32,000 nt of DNA, taken from positions 1,200,001 through 1,232,000 of the forward strand of contig NC_016803.1 in the NCBI RefSeq assembly GCF_000189295.2, in the 5' to 3' direction. The notes beneath the pieces were generated by a model. It did not search any database. It was given only the letters and a program-made list of their open reading frames with translations, and was not told the origin of the DNA. The stretch comes from Pseudodesulfovibrio mercurii. Lineage in GTDB: Bacteria; Desulfobacterota; Desulfovibrionia; Desulfovibrionales; Desulfovibrionaceae. This document shows, one piece after another, positions 15,663 through 24,597 of the stretch; position 1 is the first letter of the stretch; every line of letters begins with the position of its first letter. The position numbers and the translations under genes were made by a program.

Positions 15663-16802
15663 TTAGAGCTTCTTCAGCTCGGCTTCGAGCGTGCCGAGGT
15701 ATTCGGTGAGCATGTCGGGCGTGATGTCGCCCATGTGGCCCACGCGGAAGACCAGGCGGCGGCCCGCCTCTTCCAGCTGATTGTTCAGCTTCATGTAGCC
15801 CGGGTCCATGAGGTACCCGTGACCGCGCATCGCCTCCTTGACCGTGCCCTTGAGCTGCGCGGCGGTCACGCCCTCGGGGCAGAGCACGGTGGACATGGTG
15901 GGCGAGCGGTAGCCTTCCGGGGCGAACATGTCGAAGCCGTCGAGCCCGGCGACCCATTTCTCGACGATGCCGCGCATCTCGGCGTGCCGCGCGAAGCGGC
16001 GTTCGATGCCTTCCTCATTGACGATGCGGTCGAGCTGATACCACATCATGTTGACCAGGGTGGTGTTGGGGGTGGTCAGGGTCTGGTTCTTGCGCGCCCG
16101 GTCCAGGTGCTTGATGATGTCGTGGTGATGGCCCTTGTTGGTCACCCTTGCGGCCTTTTCCTCGGCCTCCTTGGAGACGAAACCGATGCCGAACCCGGCG
16201 GGCAGGGCCAGGGACTTCTGGGTGGCCGTGGAGTACATGGCGGCCCCGGACTCGGACAGGGCTATGTCCGCCCCGCCGAAGATGGACACGCCGTCCACGA
16301 GGGGCATGGCCCCGTAGCGGCGGATGAGCGAGCAGATGGCCTTCATGTCGTTGACCACGCCGGTGGAGGTCTCGTTGTGGGTGAAGGAGACCACCTGCGG
16401 CTTGAGCTCCTTGAGCTTGTCCTCGAGCACGTTCAGGTCGATGGCCCGGCCGTAGTCGAACTTGAGGTTCTCGGCCTTCTTCCCGTTGCTGGCGGCGATG
16501 TTGTAGTACATGTCGCCGAAGGAGCCTACGGACACGTTCAGGATGGTCTCGTCCTCGGCCACCAGGGAGCGGACCGAGGCCTCCATGGCCGTGGAACCGG
16601 AGCCCAGGCACAGGATGGGCTCGTAGTCGTCGCCGCACCCGGCGAGCTTGCGCAGGTTCTCGCGGATGGGCACGAAGCGCAGGTCGTTCTCCTTGTCGCG
16701 ATGCCCGAACTCGGGCAACAAGCCCGCTTCCTTGACATCCTGCCGGATGTAGGTCGGCCCGGTGATGAACAGTTTCAAAGGCGCAAAATTCGGCTTGCTC
16801 AT
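15663..16802 (-). CDS. Class-V (AGXT/SPT-type) aminotransferase, probable phosphoserine aminotransferase analogue
   Basis: ATG at 16802 (MSKPNFAPLKLFITGPT...). ..TSTGV.. and ..STATQKSLA.. (PLP lysine region) are typical of class V. Same strand as serA and 117 nt upstream of it, with no strong terminator between. The first 97 codons of listed ORF 15663..17093 are shadow sequence. Confidence 0.8.
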   Translation of the reverse strand: MSKPNFAPLKLFITGPTYIRQDVKEAGLLPEFGHRDKENDLRFVPIRENLRKLAGCGDDYEPILCLGSGSTAMEASVRSLVAEDETILNVSVGSFGDMYYNIAASNGKKAENLKFDYGRAIDLNVLEDKLKELKPQVVSFTHNETSTGVVNDMKAICSLIRRYGAMPLVDGVSIFGGADIALSESGAAMYSTATQKSLALPAGFGIGFVSKEAEEKAARVTNKGHHHDIIKHLDRARKNQTLTTPNTTLVNMMWYQLDRIVNEEGIERRFARHAEMRGIVEKWVAGLDGFDMFAPEGYRSPTMSTVLCPEGVTAAQLKGTVKEAMRGHGYLMDPGYMKLNNQLEEAGRRLVFRVGHMGDITPDMLTEYLGTLEAELKKL

Positions 16803-17010
16803 AGTCTCTACCCTTCGGTGATTGTGACGGAAAAGAAAAGTCGGCCCCATACCATAAAAAATGTTTTCGATCAGTATAACGGGAGGGGCCGAAAGGCAAG
16901 ACGGACCGGGATGGGCCCCGATCCCACGGCAGCGCCCGGTTTCCGGGGCTTTCGGGCGTATGGGCACAGTGGCCCGGAGGGGCCGGACGGGCCGCTTGAA
17001 CGGTCCGTTC
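16803..17010 (-). promoter_or_regulatory. Candidate structured 5' leader of the aminotransferase-serA operon
   Basis: An 8-bp closing helix ACGGACCG (16901-16908) / CGGTCCGT (17001-17008) encloses ~92 nt of GC-rich sub-hairpins. A 7-bp stem (16842-16848 / 16885-16891) is followed on the minus strand by ACTTTTCTTTTCC. A minus-strand TATATT (17017-17022) lies just upstream of the closing helix. Confidence 0.35.
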
Positions 17011-17032
17011 CGAGTGAATATACCCCTCAATT

Positions 17033-17038
17033 TATAAT
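17033..17038 (+). promoter_or_regulatory. Candidate -10 box for the MCP gene
   Basis: Exact TATAAT about 95 nt upstream of the MCP ATG, in the only AT-rich stretch of the intergenic region. No convincing -35 element. Confidence 0.25.
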
Positions 17039-17131
17039 ATCTCCATTCTATCCTGAGGAAGAGACTGTGCCCCGTGAGGCCTAGTTCGGCCAATTCTCAT
17101 TCATTGCCAATCCAGAGAAGGGGGCAGATCC

Positions 17132-19078
17132 ATGTTGAAGAATCTTCGCCTGGGCGTGAAGCTGGGCATCGGTTTTGGAATCGTCCTGGTGCTGACGGCC
17201 GCCATCGCCGTCGTCAGCTTCCTGGGCATGTCGAGCGTGCGGGATCGCGTTGACAAGGCGGACGACGCCAACCGGCTTGTCCGCTTCATTCTCGAAGGGC
17301 GCATTCAGGAAAAGAATTTCATGCTCCGGGGCGACGCCAAGAATCTTGAGGCCCACGCCGCGGTCCTCAAGAATCTCTTTGCCCAGGCGGCCGCGACCAG
17401 CGACAAGTTCGCCAACCAGGCCAACAAGGACCAGATGACCGCCACCGCCACGGCGGTCAAGGAATACGAAAAGGCCTTTGCCGACTACACGGCCCTGGAG
17501 AAAAAGAAAAACGACAACCTGGCCGGGATGCGCGAGAGCGCCAACACGGCCCTGAAACTGGCCGAGGCGCTGCGCAGCGAACAGAAGGGGCAGTTCTCCG
17601 CCCTGCTCGCCTCGGGCACGGCCCCCCGGTCCGATCTGGAGGCCAAGCTGGCCAAGGCGGACGACGCCAACCGGATCATCAAGCTGCTCCTGGACGCGCG
17701 CAAGAACGAGAAGGAATACATCGTCTCCGGGAACGGCACCTACCATGACGCCAACCTGGAGGACATGCGCAACATCCTGTCCCTGACCACCGACCTGGAG
17801 ACCCGCTTCAACGACCAGCGCAATCTGGATCAGCTCAAGCGCGTCGCCGAGGCCGTGACCAACTACAGGAAGGGATTCGAGACCTTTTACCAGTGCGTGC
17901 AGAGCCAGACCATGGCCGAGGACGCCATGGTCAAGGCCGCCCGAACCGCCGACGAGGTCTGCCGCCAGGCGCGCGCCGAGCAGAAGCAGGCCATGCTCGA
18001 CGACATGGCCTTGGCCAACCTCCTGGGCATGAGCGCGGCGGGCGCGTCCCTGCTCATCGGCCTGGCCGCCGCCATTCTCCTGACCCTGTCCATCACCCGG
18101 CCCGTGGCCAAGGGCGTGCGCTTTGCCGAAGGCATGGCCGACGGCGACTTCACCCGCATGCTGGACGTGGACCAGAAGGACGAAATCGGCGTGCTGGCGG
18201 CGGCCCTGAACAACATGGTCGTCAAGCTGCGCGAGGTGGTTCAGACCGTGGGCGAGGCCTCGGAAAACATCGCCTCGGGCAGCGAGGAGCTTTCCGCCTC
18301 GGCCGAATCCCTGGCCCAGGGGGCCACGGAACAGGCCGCGGCCATCGAGGAGGTCTCGTCCTCCATGGAGCAGATGGCGGCCAACATCGGCCAGAACGCC
18401 CACAACGCCCGGCAGACCGAGGACCTGGCCAACAAGGCGGCCGACGACGCCCGCGAGAGCGGCGAGTCCGTGGTCAAGACCGTGGAGGCCATGAACAGCA
18501 TCGCCGAAAAGATCTCCATCATCGAGGAAATCGCCCGGCAGACCAACCTCCTGGCCCTGAATGCGGCCATCGAGGCGGCCCGGGCCGGGGAGCACGGCAA
18601 GGGATTCGCCGTGGTCGCGGCCGAGGTGCGCAAGCTGGCCGAACGCAGCGGCGTGGCCGCGGCCGAGATCAGCGAGCTGTCGAGCAGCAGCCTGGCCGTG
18701 GCCGACAAGGCCGGGCGGATGCTGCGTCAGCTGGTGCCCGACATCGAAAAGACCGCCTCCCTGGTCCAGGAGATCACCGCGTCGAGCAACGAGCAGAACG
18801 CGGGCGCGACCCAGATCACCCAGGCCATCGGGCAGCTGGACCAGGTCATCCAGCAGAACGCCTCGGCCTCGGAGGAGATGGCCTCCACCAGCGAGGAGCT
18901 CTCGGCCCAAGGCCAGGAGTTGCAGTCCACCATGGCCTTCTTCAACGTGGGCGACGGCCCGACCGTTCAGATCCATGCCGCCCCGGCCCGCCCCCGGCCC
19001 CTGCCCGGCGCGACCCGCTCCGCCCGGCAGTCCCCCCCGGCCCTGGACCAGGGGACCGAGGGCTTCGAACGGTTCTAG
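17132..19078 (+). CDS. Methyl-accepting chemotaxis protein with HBM-like bimodular periplasmic sensor, HAMP and MA domains
   Basis: GAAGGGGG lies 7 nt upstream of the ATG. TM1 is residues ~10-32. The periplasmic region carries an internal repeat ([26 protein letters not shown] and [26 protein letters not shown]). TM2, HAMP and the signalling-domain core ([41 protein letters not shown]) follow. Pro-rich tail ends ..EGFERF. Confidence 0.95.
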   Translation: MLKNLRLGVKLGIGFGIVLVLTAAIAVVSFLGMSSVRDRVDKADDANRLVRFILEGRIQEKNFMLRGDAKNLEAHAAVLKNLFAQAAATSDKFANQANKDQMTATATAVKEYEKAFADYTALEKKKNDNLAGMRESANTALKLAEALRSEQKGQFSALLASGTAPRSDLEAKLAKADDANRIIKLLLDARKNEKEYIVSGNGTYHDANLEDMRNILSLTTDLETRFNDQRNLDQLKRVAEAVTNYRKGFETFYQCVQSQTMAEDAMVKAARTADEVCRQARAEQKQAMLDDMALANLLGMSAAGASLLIGLAAAILLTLSITRPVAKGVRFAEGMADGDFTRMLDVDQKDEIGVLAAALNNMVVKLREVVQTVGEASENIASGSEELSASAESLAQGATEQAAAIEEVSSSMEQMAANIGQNAHNARQTEDLANKAADDARESGESVVKTVEAMNSIAEKISIIEEIARQTNLLALNAAIEAARAGEHGKGFAVVAAEVRKLAERSGVAAAEISELSSSSLAVADKAGRMLRQLVPDIEKTASLVQEITASSNEQNAGATQITQAIGQLDQVIQQNASASEEMASTSEELSAQGQELQSTMAFFNVGDGPTVQIHAAPARPRPLPGATRSARQSPPALDQGTEGFERF

Positions 19079-19103
19079 CCGGACGCGACCGACACGCATG
19101 ACG

Positions 19104-19148
19104 GGGCGCGGCATCCATGACGGGTGCCGCGCCCTTTTTCCGGTTTTT
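19104..19148 (+). terminator. Rho-independent terminator downstream of the MCP gene
   Basis: 10-bp stem GGGCGCGGCA (19104-19113) / TGCCGCGCCC (19125-19134) with an 11-nt loop, followed by TTTTTCCGGTTTTT. Confidence 0.85.
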
Positions 19149-19219
19149 GTGAACTTGCCATTCGGGCCAAAAGGTCTTACTCCTCTTCCCTTCAACGACC
19201 ACCCATGGAGTAATAAGAC

Positions 19220-22200
19220 ATGGCCCAGCTTGGACCCCATATATCGATCTCGGACGAACAGCTTATCACCCGCGCCTTCGGGGTGGTGGACATGGAGCAG
19301 TTTCAGCACTGGCCCGAAAAGGTCAAGAAACTCGCCTCGAACCTGGCCGCCGAGCTGTTCCTGGTGCGCTACAACCCGTTCATCGACCCGGAGCTGGTGC
19401 GCACGGCCGTGGACCGGCGGCTGAACATGTCCCGGCCCATGCTCGACCGGGAGTTCGCCACCATCCTGACCAAGGGCATCGAACTGTTCTGGGAGCGCCA
19501 CGGCCGCGAGATGGCCTTCCGCGACGAGATCATCGCCCGGCTCAGGAAATTCATGCCCGAGGACGCCATCGGGGACGAGGCCCACTCGCGCATCGAGTCG
19601 GCCACGGACGCCACGGACCTGCGCATGGAGCTGCCCATGCTCGTGCTCTTTCCCGAGAACGAGGCGCAGATCCAGGGGATCGTCAAGCTGGCCAACGAGA
19701 TGCGCTTCGGGGTCATCCCGCGCGGCGGCGGCACGGGCGCGACCGGCGGGGCCATCCCGGCCGAGGCGCGCTGCGTGATCCTGTCCCTGTCCCGCTTCAA
19801 GGACATCCTGAACATCGACCCCGAGGCGCGGACCATGACCGCCCAGTCCGGGGTGATCACCCTGAACGCCATCCAGGCCGCGGCCAAGAAGGGACTGCTC
19901 TTCACCGTGGACCCGGCCTCCAAGGCGGGCTCGTCGCTCGGCGGCAACATCTCGGAAAACGCGGGCGGGCCCTTCGCCTTCGAATACGGCACGACCATCG
20001 ACAACATCCTGAGCTACCGCATGGTCCGGCCCGACGGCTCGCTCATCGAGGTCCGGCGCAAGGACCATCCGCGCCACAAGATCTATCCCTTCGACACGGC
20101 CGTGTTCGAGATTCTGGACGAGAAGGGGCGGCTCACGGACACGGTCACCCTCAAGGGCGACGAGATACGCGGCCCCGGCCTGGGCAAGGACGTGTCCAAC
20201 AAGTACCTGGGCGGCCTGCCCGGCGTGCAGAAGGAAGGCACGGACGGGATCATCACCACGGCCACCTTCGTCTGCTACCCCACCCTGGCCCACTCCCGGG
20301 TCCTCTGCCTGGAATTTTTCGGCCGCTCCATGGGCAACGCCATGCTGGTCATCAAGGATGTGGTCGCCATGCGCGACGCCATCCGCGAGGAGGGCGACCT
20401 GGTCAAGATATCGGCGCTGGAGGAGTTCGGGCCCAAGTACGTCCAGGCCATCGAGTACCAGACCAAGTCCACCCAGTACGAGGGCGACCCCATCTCGGTC
20501 ATCATCATGCAGCTCGACTCGGACGACAAGGAGGCCCTGGACGCGGCCTGCCAGACCGTCCTCGCCCTGGCCCAGCCCTACGACGGCGTGGACATCTTCG
20601 CCGCCCGCGACGAGCGCGAGGCCGAGCTGTTCTGGGAGGACCGCCACAAGCTGTCCGCCATCGCCCGGCGCACCTCGGGGTTCAAGATCAACGAGGACGT
20701 GGTCATCCCCATGGAGGTCATCCCGCAGTTCTCGGAATTTCTCGAGGACCTGAACCTCGTCTACCTGGCCAAGATTTACTCGGCCACCCTGGACAAGGCC
20801 GTGGACCTGGAGGGGGTCAACCCCGACGACGCGGACGTGAAGGAGGCGCGCGGGCGCATCCGGGCCATCCTGGACGGCGAAATCACCTCCCGCGACGTCT
20901 CGGACGTGGAGCAGGAGGCCCAGTGCCGGTTCCTGTTCCTCAAGCTGCGCGACACCTACCCGAAGCTCGACCGCGAGATCAAGGCGCTGTGGCAGGAGCT
21001 GCAGCTCAAGCGCATCGTCATCGCCAACCATATGCACGCGGGCGACGGCAACTGCCACGTCAACCTGCCGGTCAACTCCAACGACGCCGAAATGCTGGCC
21101 GCCGCCCACGAGGCCGCGGACACGGTCATGTCCAAGGTCCTGGAGATGGGCGGCCAGGTGTCCGGCGAGCACGGCATCGGCATCACCAAGATCGGCTTTC
21201 TGAGCGACGAAAAGATCAAGGCCCTGGCCGAATACCGCAAGGTCGTGGACCCCAACGGGGTCTTCAACCCCGGCAAGCTCACGTCCCGGACCCTGCCGAG
21301 CACGCCCTTCACCTTCTCCTTCAACCGGCTCATCCAAGACCTGGACGGCACGGCCCTGAAGGACAAGGAGGCCCTCATGGGGCTCCTGAAGAACATCCAG
21401 ACCTGCACCCGTTGCGGCAAGTGCAAGCAGGTCTGCCCCATGTACCAGCCCGCGCGCGGGCTCATGTACCACCCGCGCAACAAGAACATCGCGCTCGGCG
21501 CGCTCATCGAGGGCATCTACTACTCGCAGATCCAGACCGGCGAGCCCGCCCATGAACTGATGAAGGAACTGCGCGACCTCATGGACCACTGCACGGCCTG
21601 CGGCAAGTGCCAGGCCGCCTGCCCGGTCAAGATCGACTCGGCCGGGGCCGCCCTGTCCATGCGCTCCTTCCTCGACTCCAAGGGCAAGTCCGGCCACCCG
21701 CTCAAGCAGATCGTGCTGCGCAACCTGGCCAAGAACCCGGCCCAGACCCTGCCCGTGGCCGCCAAGGTCCTGTCCGTGGGCCAGTCCATCCAGGACAAGA
21801 CGCTGGGCATGATCCCGGCCCGCTGGCTGTCGCGCATCCAATCGCCCGTGGTCAAGCACCACAGCCCGAACATCGACTACCACAACCTCTCGGAAAGACT
21901 GCACCTGGAACTGGGCTCGGTCTTCCGGAACCCGGGCGCGGAACGCGACCAGACCGTGCTCTACTTCCCGGGCTGCGGCGCGTCCCTGTTCTCCCGGTCC
22001 ATCGGCATGGCCTCGGTCTACCTGCTGCTCAAGAGCGGGGTGAACGTGGTCCTGCCCGACCACCACATGTGCTGCGGCTACCCCCTGCTCGCCTCGGGCT
22101 GCGAGGAGGCCTACAAGACCAACCGCCACCGCAACCTCCAGGAATTCCTGGACCTGCTGGTCAAGACCGGCAAGGCGGGGCTCAAGGCCACCACCCTGCT

Positions 22201-22741
22201 CACGGCCTGCGGCACCTGCCGCGAGTCGCTGGAGACCTACGACTTCTCCTCGGAGCTGGCCGACCCGCTCAAGCACCTGGACGTGGTCCAGTTCCTCATG
22301 GAGCGGCTGCCCGCCGTGCGCCAGTCCGAACCGGTCCTGTACCACTCGGCCTGCCACATGGAGTGGACCGGCGTGCCCAAGCTCAAGGCCCCGGAGATGT
22401 ACCGCGCGGCCCTGGCCGAACTGACCGACACGGACGTGGGCCTGTCTCCGGGCTGCTGCGGCGAGTCCGGCCTGGGGGCCATGACCAGCCCGGCCATCTA
22501 CAACCGGCTGCGCGAGCGCAAGCAGGAACAGCTGCGCGAGGACCTCGGCTTCGACCGGGAGCGCCCCGTGGTGGTCGGCTGCCCGTCGTGCAAGATCGGC
22601 ATCAAGCGGTCCCTGCTCCAGATGAAGCGGCCCAACCGGGTGCTGCACGCCGTGGAGTACCTGGCCGAGTGCGTGGGCGGCCCCAAGTGGGAAAAGGAAC
22701 TCCGGCAGCTCCTGGACCGCGTGGAGCGCAAGGGGGCGTGA
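19220..22741 (+). CDS. FAD-binding plus Fe-S-binding oxidoreductase (GlcD-GlcF fusion; YdiJ/Dld-II-like 2-hydroxyacid dehydrogenase)
   Basis: 1173 aa. FAD_binding_4-like region (PRGGGTGATGGAIP). Two 4Fe-4S motifs (CTRCGKCKQVCP and CTACGKCQAACP). Two CCG-type Cys-rich domains (FPGCGASLF..MCCGYPL and YHSACHMEW..PGCCGESG). A ~130-aa N-terminal extension is unassigned. Confidence 0.9.
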   Translation: MAQLGPHISISDEQLITRAFGVVDMEQFQHWPEKVKKLASNLAAELFLVRYNPFIDPELVRTAVDRRLNMSRPMLDREFATILTKGIELFWERHGREMAFRDEIIARLRKFMPEDAIGDEAHSRIESATDATDLRMELPMLVLFPENEAQIQGIVKLANEMRFGVIPRGGGTGATGGAIPAEARCVILSLSRFKDILNIDPEARTMTAQSGVITLNAIQAAAKKGLLFTVDPASKAGSSLGGNISENAGGPFAFEYGTTIDNILSYRMVRPDGSLIEVRRKDHPRHKIYPFDTAVFEILDEKGRLTDTVTLKGDEIRGPGLGKDVSNKYLGGLPGVQKEGTDGIITTATFVCYPTLAHSRVLCLEFFGRSMGNAMLVIKDVVAMRDAIREEGDLVKISALEEFGPKYVQAIEYQTKSTQYEGDPISVIIMQLDSDDKEALDAACQTVLALAQPYDGVDIFAARDEREAELFWEDRHKLSAIARRTSGFKINEDVVIPMEVIPQFSEFLEDLNLVYLAKIYSATLDKAVDLEGVNPDDADVKEARGRIRAILDGEITSRDVSDVEQEAQCRFLFLKLRDTYPKLDREIKALWQELQLKRIVIANHMHAGDGNCHVNLPVNSNDAEMLAAAHEAADTVMSKVLEMGGQVSGEHGIGITKIGFLSDEKIKALAEYRKVVDPNGVFNPGKLTSRTLPSTPFTFSFNRLIQDLDGTALKDKEALMGLLKNIQTCTRCGKCKQVCPMYQPARGLMYHPRNKNIALGALIEGIYYSQIQTGEPAHELMKELRDLMDHCTACGKCQAACPVKIDSAGAALSMRSFLDSKGKSGHPLKQIVLRNLAKNPAQTLPVAAKVLSVGQSIQDKTLGMIPARWLSRIQSPVVKHHSPNIDYHNLSERLHLELGSVFRNPGAERDQTVLYFPGCGASLFSRSIGMASVYLLLKSGVNVVLPDHHMCCGYPLLASGCEEAYKTNRHRNLQEFLDLLVKTGKAGLKATTLLTACGTCRESLETYDFSSELADPLKHLDVVQFLMERLPAVRQSEPVLYHSACHMEWTGVPKLKAPEMYRAALAELTDTDVGLSPGCCGESGLGAMTSPAIYNRLRERKQEQLREDLGFDRERPVVVGCPSCKIGIKRSLLQMKRPNRVLHAVEYLAECVGGPKWEKELRQLLDRVERKGA

Positions 22742-22752
22742 CCCATCGGCGC

Positions 22753-22781
22753 GTTGACCGCACTTCCCCGGCGGTGTAGAC
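22753..22781 (+). promoter_or_regulatory. Candidate sigma70-type promoter for the AEC transporter gene
   Basis: TTGACC (22753-22758), a 17-nt spacer, then TAGACA (22776-22781). The RBS GAGGAG is at 22791-22796. Confidence 0.3.
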
Positions 22782-22799
22782 ATTGCTCATAGAGGAGCA

Positions 22800-23753
22800 A
22801 TGATGAGCATATACGCCCGATTGATCACGTCCGTCTTCGTCCTGCTCGGCCTGATCTGCTTTGCCGCCTACCTACGCCGCAGGGAGTTCATCAAGGAGGA
22901 GCACGGCGGCATCTTCGCCAAGCTCGTCACCCACGCCACCCTGCCCGCGCTCATCTTCACCTCCCTGGCCCGGACCACCATCGTCTGGTCCGAGGCCTGG
23001 CTGGCCCTGATCATGGTCGTGGCGGAACTGTTCGCCCTGTCCCTGGGCTGGGTGGGTGCCCGGCTCCTGCGCCTGGACCGGCCCTCCACCGGGGCGTTGA
23101 TCCTGGTCTCCGGATTCGGCAGTTCGTCGCTGCTGGGCTATGCGCTGATCAGCCAGGTCTTTCCCGGCAACACGGCGGCCATGACCGAGGCCGTGGTGGT
23201 CTCCGAGATCGGCGTGGGCCCGCTCCTGTTCACCCTGGGCACCATGATCGCCATCTATTACGGCAACGAGGACGCGGGTAGGGACGCTCGGCTCAAGGCG
23301 GCCCTCGAATTCTTCCGCTCGCCCATCTTCATATCCGTGGCGGCGGGCCTGATCTGGGCCTGGTTCAAGCTGCCCACCGAAGGTCCGGTCATGGGGGCGA
23401 TCATCCAGGCCCTGGACCTGGCCGGAGCGGCCAACACCATGATGGTCACCCTGCTGGTGGGCCTCCTGCTGCATTTCAAGGGCATCTGGGCCGTGGCCCT
23501 GCCCGGACTGGCCGTGGCCGCCAACAAGCTGATCCTCAAGCCGCTGATCATCTGGCTGCCCACCCTGGCCATGTCCGTGCCTTCCTGGGAGGTGCAGATT
23601 CTCATCCTGGAGGCGGCCATGCCCTCGGCCCTGCTGACCGTGGCCCTGTCCCGAACCTACGGGTGCAACGCGGGGCTGGCCTCGCGCATGGTCTTCCTGA
23701 CCACGGCCCTGGGCGCGGTGACCATCCCGATCATGTTCGAACTGCTCGGCTAG
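22800..23753 (+). CDS. AEC (auxin efflux carrier) family transporter
   Basis: 317-aa polytopic membrane protein (~10 hydrophobic segments) with AEC-like organisation. There are tandem ATGs at 22800 and 22803, and the second has the better RBS spacing. Confidence 0.8.
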   Translation: MMSIYARLITSVFVLLGLICFAAYLRRREFIKEEHGGIFAKLVTHATLPALIFTSLARTTIVWSEAWLALIMVVAELFALSLGWVGARLLRLDRPSTGALILVSGFGSSSLLGYALISQVFPGNTAAMTEAVVVSEIGVGPLLFTLGTMIAIYYGNEDAGRDARLKAALEFFRSPIFISVAAGLIWAWFKLPTEGPVMGAIIQALDLAGAANTMMVTLLVGLLLHFKGIWAVALPGLAVAANKLILKPLIIWLPTLAMSVPSWEVQILILEAAMPSALLTVALSRTYGCNAGLASRMVFLTTALGAVTIPIMFELLG

Positions 23754-23769
23754 GCCCCGGGAGGCGGCC

Positions 23770-24180
23770 ATGGACAGCAACGGCGTGAAGGAACTGCTCG
23801 GGCGGCGGAACAACTTCGCCAACCACGCGGGCGTGGAGATGATCTCGGTCTCGCCCGGCGCGGCCGTCTGCCGCCTGGCCGTGGGCGACGAGCACCTGAA
23901 TCCCTTCGGCACGGTCAACGCCGGGGCCATCTACACCCTGGCCGAGACCGCCTTCGGCGCGGCGGCCAACGGGCACGGCAACGTCACCTTGGCCGTGAAC
24001 CTGTCCATCGCCTACCTCAAGCCCGCCACGGGCAAGCTGCTCACGGCCAAGGCCCTGGAGCTGTCCGCCGGGGGGCACATGGCCACCTACTCGGTCCGGG
24101 TGACGGACGAGACCGGCGCGCTCGTGGCCGACGTCCAGGCCATGGGCTACCGCACCAAGATCCCCCTGGAGGAGGTCTAG
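23770..24180 (+). CDS. PaaI-family hotdog-fold thioesterase
   Basis: GGAGG lies 5 nt upstream of the ATG. 136 aa with ..HLNPFGTVNAGAIYTLAETAFG.. typical of the PaaI/YbgC-type 4HBT fold. Confidence 0.8.
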   Translation: MDSNGVKELLGRRNNFANHAGVEMISVSPGAAVCRLAVGDEHLNPFGTVNAGAIYTLAETAFGAAANGHGNVTLAVNLSIAYLKPATGKLLTAKALELSAGGHMATYSVRVTDETGALVADVQAMGYRTKIPLEEV

Positions 24181-24597
24181 ATGCGGGCGCTGGGCATAGA
24201 CTTCGGCCTGAAACGCGTGGGGCTGGCGGTCAGCGACCGCACCGGCACCCTGGTCTCGCCGCTGAAGACCCTGGAGCGCACCACGCGCCAGGCTCTCTTT
24301 GACGAACTGACCGAAATCATTCATGATGAAGCCATCGAGGCCGTGGTGGTCGGCCTGCCGCTGGCCCTCAGCGGCGAGGACACCCTGACCACTCGGCAGG
24401 CCCGCAACTTCGCCGAGAGCCTGGGGAGAAGGATCGACGCGCCCGTCCACCTCATGGACGAGCGGCTGACCTCGGCCCAGGCCGAAGAGGAACTCAACGC
24501 CGCCGGACTGCGCGGCGCAAAACGCAAGGCCGCCCTGGACAGCCAGGCCGCCGTGGTCATCCTACGCTCATGGCTCGATTCCGCCGCTATATCCTGA
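24181..24597 (+). CDS. ruvX: Putative pre-16S rRNA nuclease / Holliday-junction-resolvase-like protein RuvX (YqgF)
   Basis: MRALGIDFGLKRVGLAVSD... is the canonical YqgF N-terminus. The ATG immediately follows the TAG of the previous gene. Confidence 0.9.
   Translation: MRALGIDFGLKRVGLAVSDRTGTLVSPLKTLERTTRQALFDELTEIIHDEAIEAVVVGLPLALSGEDTLTTRQARNFAESLGRRIDAPVHLMDERLTSAQAEEELNAAGLRGAKRKAALDSQAAVVILRSWLDSAAIS

Noticed and set aside
16811-16820. CACCGAAGGG (minus strand) next to the serC-like RBS, reminiscent of the conserved glycine-riboswitch core segment.
   Set aside because: It is only a 10-nt match that directly overlaps the ribosome-binding region. None of the flanking glycine-aptamer helices or the second aptamer could be found.
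17081-22783. 1900-aa minus-strand ORF spanning the MCP gene, the intergenic terminator and the 1173-aa oxidoreductase gene.
   Set aside because: It lies in exact antisense codon register with both plus-strand genes, which both begin at positions congruent to 2 mod 3. In that register an antisense stop requires a sense TTA, CTA or TCA codon, and these are avoided in a GC3-rich genome. The translated product is Gly/Arg/Ala/Val/Leu/Asp/His low-complexity sequence with no recognisable motif, whereas the sense-strand products have unambiguous domains. The 141-nt intergenic stretch happens to lack a stop in that frame.
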